Part shown: piece after piece, positions 1 to 10,562 of the stretch
Position numbering within the stretch: the first letter of the stretch is position 1
How the letters are laid out: every line of letters begins with the position of its first letter
Assembly: GCA_036649855.1 (NCBI GenBank)
Contig: JAVWAV010000002.1
Span: forward strand, 3,186-67,185
From: Bacilli bacterium
Lineage (GTDB): Bacteria > Bacillota_I > Bacilli_A > RFN20 > CAG-826
DNA: 64,000 nucleotides
Direction: 5' to 3'
Translations under genes and position numbers: made by a program
The notes under the pieces: generated by a model
What the model saw: only the letters and a program-made list of their open reading frames with translations
What the model was told of the DNA's origin: nothing
Databases searched by the model: none

Positions 1-339
1 AGCAATTTTACTTGAGGATCATATCCTTTTTTTAGCGCAATATATGGATAATGCTTGTCATCTTTTAACATTACGTTATATCTAGGATAATATTTATGTA
101 TTAAATTGAGTTCTAATACAAAGGCTTCGTTATCATTTGTTGTAACTATTGTTTCGAAATGATCGACATGGCTAACCATTGCTCCAACTTTTCCTGTGTG
201 CGGTTGCAAAAAATATTGAGAAACTCGATTCTTAAGATTTTTTGCCTTTCCAACGTAAATAACGACGTTATTTATGTCATACATTAGATAACAACCAGGA
301 TTCGTTGATAATAATAATATATTGTTTTCTATTTTTTGA
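1..339 (-). CDS. uvrC: Excinuclease ABC subunit C (UvrC), N-terminal GIY-YIG part; the gene runs off the window start
   Basis: Reverse-complement of 1..339 translates from ATG (337-339) as MNQKIENNILLLSTNPGCYLMYDINNVVIYVGKAKNLKNRVSQYF..., the canonical UvrC GIY-YIG N-terminus. It is not in the ORF track because it is truncated at the window edge. Confidence 0.75.
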
Positions 340-340
340 T

Positions 341-2659
341 TCATTTAAGATTTACCACCGTGACACCATATCCACCATCAAATTGTCCACCACTCAATGA
401 ATCTTTGACGTTTTTGTTATTTTTTAAGATTTCGCTTACTAAATTTCTTAAAGCTCCACTGCCAAATCCATGAATTATTCTAATCTGTTTTGCGTTTTGT
501 AAAATCGCTTTATCAATGTAAGTTTCAACAGCTTGACGAGCCTCTTCGATGTGAAATCCAATAATATTTAATTCATATTTTAAAGGAGTTGACATAATAA
601 ATGAGTCAACTTTATTGATTTCAGGTCTTTTTTTGCTTGTTTTTGGTCGATCAACAATTTTAAGATTAGAAGCGGAAAAAGTATAAAGTTTTCCACCATT
701 TGTTTTTACTTTGTATCCATTTTTGTTAATACTAATAATTTCGCCATTAATTCCAAATGTATCGTCTTTTACGAAATCTCCAACTTCGAAGATTTCATCT
801 TCTTGTTCTGCTTCATGCGAAGCATTTAAAATATCGCTAAGTTCTTTTTCTTTACTAATAATTTCGTGAAGTCTTGGATTATCTTTTTGTAATATTTCTC
901 TTTTTGTTTCTTCAAGAGCAACAAGTGTATCTTCGATTAATTTTTCCTTGATATTCGTTATATCCTTCTTAAAATCGTTGTTTTTCTTATCTAATTCGTT
1001 TTGAAGAGCGTTATTTTCTTTTATTTTTTTATTAAGTGAGTCTTTATATTTTTCATTTTCTTTAATAAGCTTTTCATTATAATTAATTTTATCCATTAAG
1101 ATTGATAAATATTTATTTGTTTCACTATGCTCAGAATCTGATAAATAATTTATTGCATTATTAATAACTGATTTATTCATTCCATATTTTTTAGCAATCT
1201 CAAGACCATAACTATTTCCGGGAATGCCGATATATAGCTTATATTTAGGAGTAAGACTGCCTTCATCAAAAGCCATTGATCCGCAAATAACTCCCGATGT
1301 ACATAAAGCATATTGTTTTACACCATCAAAGTGACTAGTAATAATAGATTTTACCTTTTTATCATTTAAATAAGCAGCAATAGAAACAGCTAATGCTTCA
1401 CCTTCATTTGGTGCAGTTCCTGTTCCAAGTTCGTCAATTAGCACCAAATCATTTGAACCAGCTTTGTTTAAAATATTAATAACTTTCGTAATATGACCAC
1501 TAAAAGTTGATAAATTCTCTTGAATTGATTGAATATCGCCAATATCAATGAATAAATGATCAAAAAATCCTATTTTAGATTCTTCGGCAACAGGAACCGG
1601 GATAACCATTTGATTCATCAAAACAATAATTCCAACAAGCTTTAATAAAACTGATTTGCCACCAGCGTTAGGTCCGCTTACAATTAATTGGTTAATTTCT
1701 TCTCCAATAATTACGTTGTTTGCAACCACTGTTTCTTTATCTAACAAAGGATGCTTTGCCGTAATTAATGATATTTGTCTATTATTCTCCGTGTCGACAC
1801 TGATTCCATCAATCTCTTTTGCAAATTGATATTTGGCAGATAAAACATCAAATTTACCTATTAATTCATTATTTCTAATAATTTCAGTAGCATGAGTAGA
1901 AACACTTAATGAAAGAGCCTTTACAATTTTGTATATTTCTTCTTTTTCTTCTGATTTTAATCTATGTATTTCATTTGAAATAATAAGACATGATTGTGGT
2001 TCAATAAAAGTTGTTTCTCCACTATCAGATATATCATGTAAAAGTCCATTTACACGGCCTTTAAATGATGTTTTCACTGGTAAAACAAACGCACCATCAC
2101 GAAGTGTATAAACTGAATCTGTTAATAAATCAGCATTTCTTGACATTTCTTTTTCGATAGTTGATTTCAAATTTCTTTCAAATGCTTTTAATTTACGTCT
2201 AATATCATGTAAATTTGATGAAGCATCGTCTTTAATATCAAAATTTTCATCATAAACACGTCTTATTTCAATTTCCAAATTATCCAACAAAGTAAAATCT
2301 AAAAATAAGCTATGAAAATTTTGATACTGCGAAGCGAACTTTTTGTCATATGTATGTAGCATTTTTACTGAAGAAATATCACTGAGAATAGTATCAAAAT
2401 CTTCACGATCAAGAATCCCACCTTTTGTAGCAAAAATCATCTTACTTTCAATGTTTTGAGAATGATTTAAAGAAAACTTACCGTATTTAAAACAGCAGGC
2501 TAATGCATCATTTAGTATATCTTTTTCTATTTTAAAAGATTTATAAGAATTAAAATATTCAGATTCAAATAAAATATCCTTACCTTGTTTGGTAAGTATA
2601 TACATATTTATTCTATCTAAAATGATATTAATCTGTAAATCTTCGAAATGTTTGTTCAT
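341..2659 (-). CDS. mutS2: Endonuclease MutS2 (MutS domain plus C-terminal Smr domain)
   Basis: 772 aa. Walker A GPNAGGKS, Walker B DELGTGT, C-terminal Smr motif IIHGFGSGALR. Adjacent to uvrC and rnhC as in Bacillus. Confidence 0.9.
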   Translation of the reverse strand: MNKHFEDLQINIILDRINMYILTKQGKDILFESEYFNSYKSFKIEKDILNDALACCFKYGKFSLNHSQNIESKMIFATKGGILDREDFDTILSDISSVKMLHTYDKKFASQYQNFHSLFLDFTLLDNLEIEIRRVYDENFDIKDDASSNLHDIRRKLKAFERNLKSTIEKEMSRNADLLTDSVYTLRDGAFVLPVKTSFKGRVNGLLHDISDSGETTFIEPQSCLIISNEIHRLKSEEKEEIYKIVKALSLSVSTHATEIIRNNELIGKFDVLSAKYQFAKEIDGISVDTENNRQISLITAKHPLLDKETVVANNVIIGEEINQLIVSGPNAGGKSVLLKLVGIIVLMNQMVIPVPVAEESKIGFFDHLFIDIGDIQSIQENLSTFSGHITKVINILNKAGSNDLVLIDELGTGTAPNEGEALAVSIAAYLNDKKVKSIITSHFDGVKQYALCTSGVICGSMAFDEGSLTPKYKLYIGIPGNSYGLEIAKKYGMNKSVINNAINYLSDSEHSETNKYLSILMDKINYNEKLIKENEKYKDSLNKKIKENNALQNELDKKNNDFKKDITNIKEKLIEDTLVALEETKREILQKDNPRLHEIISKEKELSDILNASHEAEQEDEIFEVGDFVKDDTFGINGEIISINKNGYKVKTNGGKLYTFSASNLKIVDRPKTSKKRPEINKVDSFIMSTPLKYELNIIGFHIEEARQAVETYIDKAILQNAKQIRIIHGFGSGALRNLVSEILKNNKNVKDSLSGGQFDGGYGVTVVNLK

Positions 2660-2708
2660 ATATGTAAATATATTAGCATAGTTGAGTAAATTATTTTATA
2701 ATTTAATT

Positions 2709-3605
2709 ATGATAACTATAAAGATAAATGATGATGTTTTTAATAAACTACATGAAAAATACAAAAATTATTCGATAGATGCCACAAGCGAGTATATGCT
2801 TTTCGTTGCAAAATATCAAAATACCATAATTACTATTTATAAAGACAAAACAAATAAGCCTTCTAAATGTACTTTTTCTGGCAATTATGAGTTTGAATTA
2901 GCTAATGAATTTTCACAATATATCATAGAAAAAAAGAAAAAAACTCCCATTGTTACATCATATTTAAATACTGATGAACAAATCGGAAGTGATGAAGTTG
3001 GTTTTGGAGATTTCTTTGGTCCAATTGTTGTTACCGCTGCATATTGTAATAAAGAAACTTTGCTTTTAATTAATCAATTAGGAATAAAAGATTCTAAAAA
3101 GATTACTGATGAACAAATTCGAATAATCGTTCCGAAGCTTAAAGACAAAGTCGTATTTTCTACTTTGGTAGTAGAAAATACGAAATTAACAGAGCTATTT
3201 ACTAAAGGATATAATTTAAATAAAATAAAAAGTATCCTTCATAACGCTGTTTTACTAAAAGTTAGAGAAAAAATTGGAAAAAACACCAATGCTTTTATTG
3301 ATCAGTTTGCTAAAGAAGAACTTTATTATTCTTATTTGCAAAATGAAAAACAAGTTTTAAAAGGTATTACTTTTGAAACGAAAGGCGAATCAAAATATCC
3401 AAGTATTGCCTTAGCAAGTTGTATTGCCCGTCATACTTTTCTTACTAGAATTGATCAATTAAATGCCAAGTATCACGTAAATATTCCACTTGGTGCCAGC
3501 ACAAAAGTTGATTTATTCGCCCAAGAATTTGTAAAAAAATATGGTTTAGATGAAATTAAAGGAATTATAAAAACTAATTTCGTTAACTATAAAAAACTTA
3601 TTTAA
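2709..3605 (+). CDS. rnhC: Ribonuclease HIII
   Basis: Catalytic motif SDEVGFGDFFGPIVV is HIII-type, and the length fits HIII with its N-terminal domain. The track start 2682 is a TTG; the ATG at 2709 (MITIKINDD) is more likely the true start. Confidence 0.8.
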   Translation: MITIKINDDVFNKLHEKYKNYSIDATSEYMLFVAKYQNTIITIYKDKTNKPSKCTFSGNYEFELANEFSQYIIEKKKKTPIVTSYLNTDEQIGSDEVGFGDFFGPIVVTAAYCNKETLLLINQLGIKDSKKITDEQIRIIVPKLKDKVVFSTLVVENTKLTELFTKGYNLNKIKSILHNAVLLKVREKIGKNTNAFIDQFAKEELYYSYLQNEKQVLKGITFETKGESKYPSIALASCIARHTFLTRIDQLNAKYHVNIPLGASTKVDLFAQEFVKKYGLDEIKGIIKTNFVNYKKLI

Positions 3606-4518
3606 GTTCGTTTAATATATCTTCAAAATATTGAGGAAGTCCAGTTTCAACTGTGACTTCTTCTTTTGTTGTAGGAGAAATAAAGTTTAATTTATAGGCA
3701 TGCAATATTTGTCCACCTAAATTTTGATTCTTTTTACCATATATTTCATCTCCTAAAACAGGATGTCCAATATAAGCCATATGTACTCTAATTTGATGAG
3801 TACGACCGGTTTCTAGCTTTAAAGAAACTAAAGTTTTGTTATTAAATCTTTGAAGAACAGTAAAATAAGTAACAGCTTCTCTTCCATCTCTTACATTCAC
3901 TGCCATTTTTTGTCTAAATTTTTTATCTCGAGCAAGAGGAGCAATTACCTTGCCACTATTTTCAAGAATAAGTCCTTCGACAATTGCGTAATATTCGCGA
4001 CTCATAGAATGATCTTTTAATTGCTCTGCCAAAAATGCATGTGCAATATCATTTTTGGCGACAAGTAGTAAACCACTTGTGTCTTTATCGATACGATGCA
4101 CGATTCCTGGACGGAATTCTCCATTTATAGTCGATAAAGACTGCGTTTTAGCGATTAAAATATTTACTAAAGTATCATCGTAATGTCCAGGAGCTGGATG
4201 AACTACTAGTCCACGTGGCTTATTAATTACAAGGACATTTTGATCTTCAAAAACTATATCAAGGCCACTATCAAGAGGTTTTAATTCAATGACTTCTTCT
4301 TCTTTTATTTCATAGTTAATAACATCGTTTTCACGAAGTCTATACGATCCATTTTTAATTATATCGTTAACAGTAATGGCACCATTTTCTATCATCTTTT
4401 CTACTTTTGAACGAGAAATATCTGGTTCAACTATTGATAGAGTCTTATCTAATCTTTCTTTGACATAAATGCTTAATTCATCATTTATTGTTATTGTTTT
4501 TTTCATTGTTGTTGTCAT
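3598..4518 (-). CDS. rluD: RluA-family 23S rRNA pseudouridine synthase (RluD-like) with N-terminal S4 domain
   Basis: Motifs HRIDKDTSGLLLVAK and GRTHQIRVH. It overlaps the 3' end of lspA (lspA-rluD operon as in Bacillus). A start at the second ATG (4506) is also possible. Confidence 0.85.
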   Translation of the reverse strand: MTTTMKKTITINDELSIYVKERLDKTLSIVEPDISRSKVEKMIENGAITVNDIIKNGSYRLRENDVINYEIKEEEVIELKPLDSGLDIVFEDQNVLVINKPRGLVVHPAPGHYDDTLVNILIAKTQSLSTINGEFRPGIVHRIDKDTSGLLLVAKNDIAHAFLAEQLKDHSMSREYYAIVEGLILENSGKVIAPLARDKKFRQKMAVNVRDGREAVTYFTVLQRFNNKTLVSLKLETGRTHQIRVHMAYIGHPVLGDEIYGKKNQNLGGQILHAYKLNFISPTTKEEVTVETGLPQYFEDILNELK

Positions 4519-5131
4519 TTCCTTTACTTTCGTCGACTTCTATAATTGTTTTTTCTTCGATATGTTCTTCATTTAATGAACTGCCATCTACAGGAGCTTT
4601 TTTCCCTTTAATTTCTTTTATTTCATCAATTATTAACATAATCATCATCATAATAACACCAATTACAAGTGCAGCATCAGCGATGTTAAATATAGGAAAT
4701 GAAGTATATGAACCAAGATCTACATCAATAAAGTCTATTACTCTACCATTTGGATAAAAAGCTCTGTCTATTAAATTTCCAAAAGCTCCACCTAAAAGTA
4801 ACATTAAATTAACCTTATATGCAGCGTTGAGCTTTTTATATTTCCAAATGTAAATGCCTAGAAATGCACCAGACATGATTATTGATATTCCAATAAGCAA
4901 GGTTCTTCTTAATGCGTCGTTATCGAGGTTTCCAAATATTCCAAAACCTGCTCCGGTATTATAAAGTAAGGTAAGATGCAGAAAACCAGGTATTAAAGTC
5001 ACGCTTGTGCCTGGAGTTTGAAGCATATGTTGAAAGCCTAACTTTGTTCCAAGATCAACAATAAATACAATGAAAAACACCCATATCATCGAACTAAAGC
5101 CTAACTTCAAATAATTAATTATTTTTTTCAT
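4481..5131 (-). CDS. lspA: Lipoprotein signal peptidase II, with an Asn/Lys-rich low-complexity C-terminal tail
   Basis: Four TM segments and the FNIADAALVIG motif. A 4-nt overlap with ileS gives the conserved ileS-lspA arrangement. Confidence 0.85.
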   Translation of the reverse strand: MKKIINYLKLGFSSMIWVFFIVFIVDLGTKLGFQHMLQTPGTSVTLIPGFLHLTLLYNTGAGFGIFGNLDNDALRRTLLIGISIIMSGAFLGIYIWKYKKLNAAYKVNLMLLLGGAFGNLIDRAFYPNGRVIDFIDVDLGSYTSFPIFNIADAALVIGVIMMMIMLIIDEIKEIKGKKAPVDGSSLNEEHIEEKTIIEVDESKGNDNNNEKNNNNK

Positions 5132-7869
5132 TTAATTGCCTCTTTACATCTTTCACATAATTCTGTTCCATCAACATTATACGTTTCATCAACATAGTTC
5201 CAACATCTTTCACACTTATGAGTTGAAGCTTTAGTCACTAAAACTTGAGATAATTCTCCAGTATATGCATCATTATTATCTAATTTAGTTACAATAGTTG
5301 CTTTAGAAACGATAAATAATCTATTAAGTTCAATTTGTGAGAATTTTTCAATTGGATTATTTGATTTTAAAAGGATAAATACAAAAGCTTCTTGTGCACT
5401 TCCGATTATACCTGCTCTACGTTGTAATTCGATAGCTTTTAATACATCAGTTCTTAAAGTAATTACTTGTTGATATTCATTTAATAATTCACTTGCATAA
5501 TTATGTGTTTCTTTTGGAAAGGACAATAATTGAACATTTTCTTCTCCAGATAATCCGAATGAAGCGTTAACTTCATCCATTGTAAATGGAATAATTGGAT
5601 TAAGAAGTCTCATCAAATCATCAATTATATAGTAAATTACAGTTTGAACTTGTAAACGTCTTAAAGATTTTGCATTTTCGCAATATAATATATCTTTTGT
5701 AACGTCTAAATAAAAACTAGATAAATCATTTGTCATGAAATTAAGAATTTCTTGAGTTGCTAATTGGAAATTATAATTTTCTAAATAAGAAATAACTTTA
5801 TTTTTAACTTGTTCTAATTTTGCAAGAATATACAAATCGACATTTTCAAATGTCGATTGAATATCTTCTTTTACAAAAGATTTTCCGTCGCCATTGCTCA
5901 AATTTCCGAGTAAAAATTTAAAGGTATTTCTAATTTTTCTATAACCTTCTGTACATTGTTTAATAATGTCTTCAGAAATTCTAACATCTTGTTGATAATC
6001 AACGTTAGCTGCCCAAAAACGTAATATATCAGCTCCATATACATTGGTAATTTTAATTGGATCAATTCCGTTTCCGGCTGATTTCGACATTTTTTCCCAC
6101 TTTTCATCCATTATAAAGCCGTGTGACACGACGTTTTTATAAGGAGCACATCCAAAGACAGCTTGTGAAATAATTAAGGATGAATTAAACCAACCTCTAT
6201 ATTGATCGCTTCCTTCAAGATATAAATCTGCAGGATAATTAATTCCGCGTTCTTTTAATACACCATTAAACGAGCTTCCACTATCAAACCAAACGTCCAT
6301 AATATCTTTTTCTTTTTTAAATATTCCATTTGGACTATGGCTATTTTTGTATCCTTCAGGTAACAATTCTTTTTCATCAAGTTCGTACCAAATAGAACTT
6401 CCATGTTCACCAACTAATTGTGCAATGTGATCAAATACTTCTTTTTCCATAATTGGTGTGCCATCTTCAGCATAAATTATTGGAATTGGTACTCCCCAAA
6501 CTCTTTGACGCGAAATGCACCAATCTCCTCTATCTTTAATCATATTATGAATTCTAATTTCACCCCATGAAGGAGTCCATTTTACTTCTTTAATTGATTT
6601 TAATAAATCTTCTCTAATTGGTTCAATTGAACAGAACCATTGTGGAGTAGCTCTAAAAATAACAGGTTTTCCTGTTCTCCAATCATGTGGATAAGAGTGA
6701 ACTATTTTTTCTAAATTAAGTAATTTACCACTTTCTTTAAGCATGGAAATAATTTTTTCATTAGCTGCCTCATAAAACATACCGGCAACTTCTTCTCCTG
6801 CTTCTTCGGTCATGACGCCTTTATAGTCAACAGGGCATAATGGAACTAATCCATATTTTTTGCCTACAATATAGTCATCTTCACCATGTCCTGGAGCAGT
6901 GTGTACACATCCTGTACCAGCTTCATCAGTTACGTGATCACCGCAAATAATTAAAGATTCTTTATCAAGAAATGGATGTTTGCAAGTTGCAAATTCAAGT
7001 TCTTTGCCTTTAAATGTTTTTATTAACTCGCATTTTTCAAGTTTAAAAACATCGAAAAGTTTATCTTTAAACTTTTCGAGGAACACAAGTTTTCCAATAT
7101 TTGTATCAAATAGACCATATTCATATGTTTCGTTTAAACAAATAGCTAAATTAGCAGGTAAAGTCCATGGTGTAGTTGTCCAAATAACGACTTTTGCATC
7201 GTTTGGAATCACGTTTTTTCCATCAAGTACATCAAATGCGACATAAATTGTTGAAGATTCAACGTCTTTATACTCAATTTCCGCTTCTGCAAGAGCAGAT
7301 TCACTACTATATGACCAGTAAACAGGTTTTAATCCTTTAAAAATTAAACCTTTTAATGCCATTGTTGCAAATACTTCGATCTCTGATTTTTCAAAATCTT
7401 TGTTCAAGGTTAAATATGGATTACCAAAATCTCCTAAAACACCTAAACGAATAATTTGTTGTTTTTGGTTAGCAACTTGCTTTAATGCATATTCTTCACA
7501 TTTTTTCCTAAATTCAACAATTGGAGTAGTTTTTCTATTAACTCCACTTTTTGTGACGTTGTTTTCAATTGGCAAACCATGTGTATCCCATCCAAAAATA
7601 AATGGTGTATAAAATCCTTGCATGTTTTTATATCTTAAAATAAAATCTTTTAATATTCTATTTAGCATATGTCCACAATGAATATTTCCATTCGCATATG
7701 GAGGACCATCGTGAAGGACGTAGCTTTTATTTCCTTTATGACGTTCATTCATTTCGTTATATATATCTTGTTTTTGCCATTTTTCCAAAACATTTGGTTC
7801 TTTTTGAGCTAAATTGCCTCTCATTTCAAATGTTGTTTTTGGCATTAATAATGTTTGTTTGACTTCCAT
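5128..7869 (-). CDS. ileS: Isoleucyl-tRNA synthetase
   Basis: 913 aa. HIGH motif (PYANGNIHCGH), KMSKS, and a C-terminal Zn-binding CERCWNY...CERC. Confidence 0.95.
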   Translation of the reverse strand: MEVKQTLLMPKTTFEMRGNLAQKEPNVLEKWQKQDIYNEMNERHKGNKSYVLHDGPPYANGNIHCGHMLNRILKDFILRYKNMQGFYTPFIFGWDTHGLPIENNVTKSGVNRKTTPIVEFRKKCEEYALKQVANQKQQIIRLGVLGDFGNPYLTLNKDFEKSEIEVFATMALKGLIFKGLKPVYWSYSSESALAEAEIEYKDVESSTIYVAFDVLDGKNVIPNDAKVVIWTTTPWTLPANLAICLNETYEYGLFDTNIGKLVFLEKFKDKLFDVFKLEKCELIKTFKGKELEFATCKHPFLDKESLIICGDHVTDEAGTGCVHTAPGHGEDDYIVGKKYGLVPLCPVDYKGVMTEEAGEEVAGMFYEAANEKIISMLKESGKLLNLEKIVHSYPHDWRTGKPVIFRATPQWFCSIEPIREDLLKSIKEVKWTPSWGEIRIHNMIKDRGDWCISRQRVWGVPIPIIYAEDGTPIMEKEVFDHIAQLVGEHGSSIWYELDEKELLPEGYKNSHSPNGIFKKEKDIMDVWFDSGSSFNGVLKERGINYPADLYLEGSDQYRGWFNSSLIISQAVFGCAPYKNVVSHGFIMDEKWEKMSKSAGNGIDPIKITNVYGADILRFWAANVDYQQDVRISEDIIKQCTEGYRKIRNTFKFLLGNLSNGDGKSFVKEDIQSTFENVDLYILAKLEQVKNKVISYLENYNFQLATQEILNFMTNDLSSFYLDVTKDILYCENAKSLRRLQVQTVIYYIIDDLMRLLNPIIPFTMDEVNASFGLSGEENVQLLSFPKETHNYASELLNEYQQVITLRTDVLKAIELQRRAGIIGSAQEAFVFILLKSNNPIEKFSQIELNRLFIVSKATIVTKLDNNDAYTGELSQVLVTKASTHKCERCWNYVDETYNVDGTELCERCKEAIK

Positions 7870-7879
7870 AGTTTGTGTT

Positions 7880-8120
7880 CTCCTTTTTTTAAAAAATAAA
7901 AAACGCCCAGAAAGGACGTTTTAACGCGGTACCACCTTAATTCTAGATTTCTCTAGCACTTTAATTCTTAACGGGAATTAACGAATATTTTTACTATTAA
8001 TTCAAAATATCTTCTAAGAAGTGATATGAAGTATTTTTTTATAAACGATTTTCACCAAACATCGTCTCTCTGATATAAATAAATATTTCACCTGTCTTCT
8101 ATAATAGAATTTATATAATT
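7880..8120 (-). promoter_or_regulatory. T-box riboswitch leader of ileS (Ile, specifier AUC), with terminator/antiterminator
   Basis: On the minus strand, AATTAAGGTGGTACCGCG (plus 7925-7942) is followed by the hairpin AACGTCC..GGGCGTT plus a U-tract. AG-box AGAGAGA and GGTGAAAA lie upstream. The candidate specifier is AUC-A (plus 8023-8025). Boundaries are approximate. Confidence 0.7.
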
Positions 8121-8148
8121 ATTTTACATTATTATTAAATATTTACAA
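8121..8148 (-). promoter_or_regulatory. Putative sigma-A promoter for the ileS leader: TTGTAA -16- TAAAAT
   Basis: -35 at 8143-8148 and -10 at 8121-8126 (minus strand), 2 nt after the ftsZ stop. Confidence 0.45.
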
Positions 8149-8149
8149 G

Positions 8150-9268
8150 TTAATAAGGTTTGTTTTCATCTTCATCATCTTCTAAGAAATTGGGTAAAAT
8201 GTCTTCAGTGCTAACTTCATTGCTTTCTTCTTCTTCTACAGAAGAATTATCTTCAGATTTGTTCTCTTTTATTGAAGAAAAATCAAATGATTTTGAATTT
8301 TGATTTAATATTTCGTGAGCATTTTCATAATCACTTGCGATGATACTTACAATAATATCATCACCTAAAGCTGGATTTTTGCTTAAAGCAAATTTCATAT
8401 TCAACTCTTGATCTGAGTATTTTTTTAATAAATTTATTACTTCGTTTATTTCATTCATTATAATTTGCGGGCCAAACGTAATTGCGCAAATTGCTCTTCT
8501 AGCTCCATTTATTCCAGTTTCTAATAATGGTGAATTAATTGCATTTTCTACAGCTTCTTTGCATTTTCCTTCGCCACTACCTGTTCCATATCCAATTAAT
8601 GCGATTCCTGATTCTTTTAAAACATTTTTTACATCAGCAAAATCGATATTCATTAAAAATGGGGTTAAAATCATATCAGTAACAGTTTTAACACATCTTG
8701 CAAGAACGGCATCGCTTTCTTCAAATGCCTTAGAAACTGTCATATTTCCACCAATTAATAGCAATTTATCATTAGATTCTATAATAATTGAATCAACAAC
8801 TTTTGAAAGTTCATTTATTCCAAATATAGAATACTCAATCTTAGTATTTCCTTCAAAAGAGAAAGGTCTAGTTACAACTGCAACAGTTAAAAGTCCTAGT
8901 TCTTTTGCAATTTGTGCAATAACAGGAGCAGCTCCTGTTCCCGTACCGCCACCCATTCCGGCGGCAATAAACAACATATCTTTTCCTTCGAGTATTTTTT
9001 TAATTTCTTCTTTTGATTCATTTGCAGCTTTTTTTCCAATTTCTGGAAGACCACCTGCTCCTAACCCACCAGTTAAATTTTCACCTAAAATAATTTTATT
9101 AGGTGCTTTTGAAAGAGCTAATGTTTGCTTATCTGTGTTTGCAACATAAAATTCAACAGAATTAATGTTGTCTTCAATCATTCTATTAACAGCATTGTTG
9201 CCAGCTCCGCCAACTCCAATAACAACTATTTTTGCTACTGGTTCAAATTTATCTAAATCATCGTACAT
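8150..9268 (-). CDS. ftsZ: Cell division GTPase FtsZ
   Basis: Tubulin signature GGGTGTGAAP, N-terminal GVGGAGNNAVNRM, acidic C-terminal tail. Confidence 0.95.
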   Translation of the reverse strand: MYDDLDKFEPVAKIVVIGVGGAGNNAVNRMIEDNINSVEFYVANTDKQTLALSKAPNKIILGENLTGGLGAGGLPEIGKKAANESKEEIKKILEGKDMLFIAAGMGGGTGTGAAPVIAQIAKELGLLTVAVVTRPFSFEGNTKIEYSIFGINELSKVVDSIIIESNDKLLLIGGNMTVSKAFEESDAVLARCVKTVTDMILTPFLMNIDFADVKNVLKESGIALIGYGTGSGEGKCKEAVENAINSPLLETGINGARRAICAITFGPQIIMNEINEVINLLKKYSDQELNMKFALSKNPALGDDIIVSIIASDYENAHEILNQNSKSFDFSSIKENKSEDNSSVEEEESNEVSTEDILPNFLEDDEDENKPY

Positions 9269-9269
9269 A

Positions 9270-10475
9270 TTATTCTCCTCTATTTAATAAAAAACGTGGC
9301 TCAGTTATATTATTTTTCTTCTCTAAATTCAAATATTCAGCATACATTGATTGCATATCTATTACACAAAGCGGACCTATTTGAGCATTGTTTTTAAAGG
9401 CAACATTTATATTTTTATAAAATATCATAATATTACTCATATCTTTTTCCTTTATAAACTTTTCAACTCCAGGAACATGGCTTATTACTCCTACAAAAAT
9501 ATAACTAACATTTTCGGATGTAACAGATGTTTTAATTTCTAATAATTTTGCTGTAAACGTTTTAATAAAATTTATAATTGAATTATTAACATCAGATTGA
9601 TAAATTTTGCAGACTTTGCCTTCTTTATTTGTATATTCACCAACATAAACTTTAAAATTATAATTACGTGGATCGTAACCGTATGTAAATAATATATTTT
9701 TAGCAATATCTTCAGAAATGTCGAATTTTAATGAAAATTCATTTATTAAATTCGATAATCCGAAATTCATTATTTTGTGATCATAAACAGTATTTTGATT
9801 GCAAAAAGAAATATTTGTCGTGGTTTTAAATGTATCTACTAATATGTATTTTTTTGGAAAATTCGAATCTGCCTTTATACGTTCAAAAATCGCAACATTT
9901 TTAAGTGTAATTTTCCTGATTTTTATATCAAGCGACTTAAACAATTCATTAATTGCATTAAATGTAACTTCTGGGATGCAGTAATATGAATAAACCATTT
10001 CTGCAGTTTTAGAAACTTCGTTTAAGGGAAGTCTGTAAAATACATGCGATTTATCATCTCTATACAAAGTACGAACAACTTCTACAATTTTATAATTTGG
10101 TTCGCTGACTTTTTGGTTATATGCCATATTGAACAAATTTAATATATCAGAATTCGTAATTTTTGCGGTTTGATCATCAGTTCCTGATGAAGAGGCAGTA
10201 ATTGAAGAAGTTTCTTTTCCGATCATTTTTGTTGGAACTAGCGAGAAAAAAACTAATTGTTTATTGATGATAATGCCCTTTTTAGCAGCATTATCAATAA
10301 TATCTTTAATTTCTGAAAGAATATTTTCTGGATTCAAAAAAATATCATTTTTAAAAAGCTTCTCATAATAACGCTTTTCATCATAAATAATTGCGGATTT
10401 TTCAGCATCCACATTATATCCAACAACCATAGAGATTGATTCATTCGAAATTTCAAAAACTGTTATTGCATTCAT
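9270..10475 (-). CDS. ftsA: Cell division protein FtsA (divergent actin-like ATPase)
   Basis: 401 aa ORF immediately upstream of ftsZ with a 1-nt gap, in the dcw-cluster position. Identity rests on synteny and size; the sequence is divergent. Confidence 0.65.
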   Translation of the reverse strand: MNAITVFEISNESISMVVGYNVDAEKSAIIYDEKRYYEKLFKNDIFLNPENILSEIKDIIDNAAKKGIIINKQLVFFSLVPTKMIGKETSSITASSSGTDDQTAKITNSDILNLFNMAYNQKVSEPNYKIVEVVRTLYRDDKSHVFYRLPLNEVSKTAEMVYSYYCIPEVTFNAINELFKSLDIKIRKITLKNVAIFERIKADSNFPKKYILVDTFKTTTNISFCNQNTVYDHKIMNFGLSNLINEFSLKFDISEDIAKNILFTYGYDPRNYNFKVYVGEYTNKEGKVCKIYQSDVNNSIINFIKTFTAKLLEIKTSVTSENVSYIFVGVISHVPGVEKFIKEKDMSNIMIFYKNINVAFKNNAQIGPLCVIDMQSMYAEYLNLEKKNNITEPRFLLNRGE

Positions 10476-10562
10476 AGTTTAATTATAATATTTTAACTAG
10501 CAATAATAAAGTAGTAAATGAAATATTTATTAGTATATTATTAGTCGTTTTTTAGTTGTTTT

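Noticed and set aside
2682-2708. N-terminal extensions in the ORF track (rnhC 2682, glgB 24293, nrnA 25714, polA 29831, pyk 37143, mraZ 12162, thiI 43413)
   Set aside because: These starts are TTG/GTG codons, or internal ATGs of the upstream gene, and have no ribosome-binding site. Downstream ATGs with good Shine-Dalgarno spacing and conserved protein N-termini are preferred. The extensions are treated as non-coding.
4500-5131. Asn/Lys-rich C-terminal tail of LspA (GNDNNNEKNNNNK) as a possible separate peptide
   Set aside because: It is in frame with lspA and has no internal start or ribosome-binding site. It is a low-complexity tail typical of AT-rich genomes.
8559-9149. 196-aa ORF on the plus strand inside ftsZ (Pro/Ala-rich translation)
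   Set aside because: It is antisense to the Gly-rich FtsZ coding sequence. The composition is a mirror artefact and there is no ribosome-binding site, so it is spurious. The same applies to the other 60-105 aa ORFs embedded antisense in large genes (for example 1929..2111, 4488..4757, 6980..7246, 14722..15073, 56989..57306, 59580..59846).
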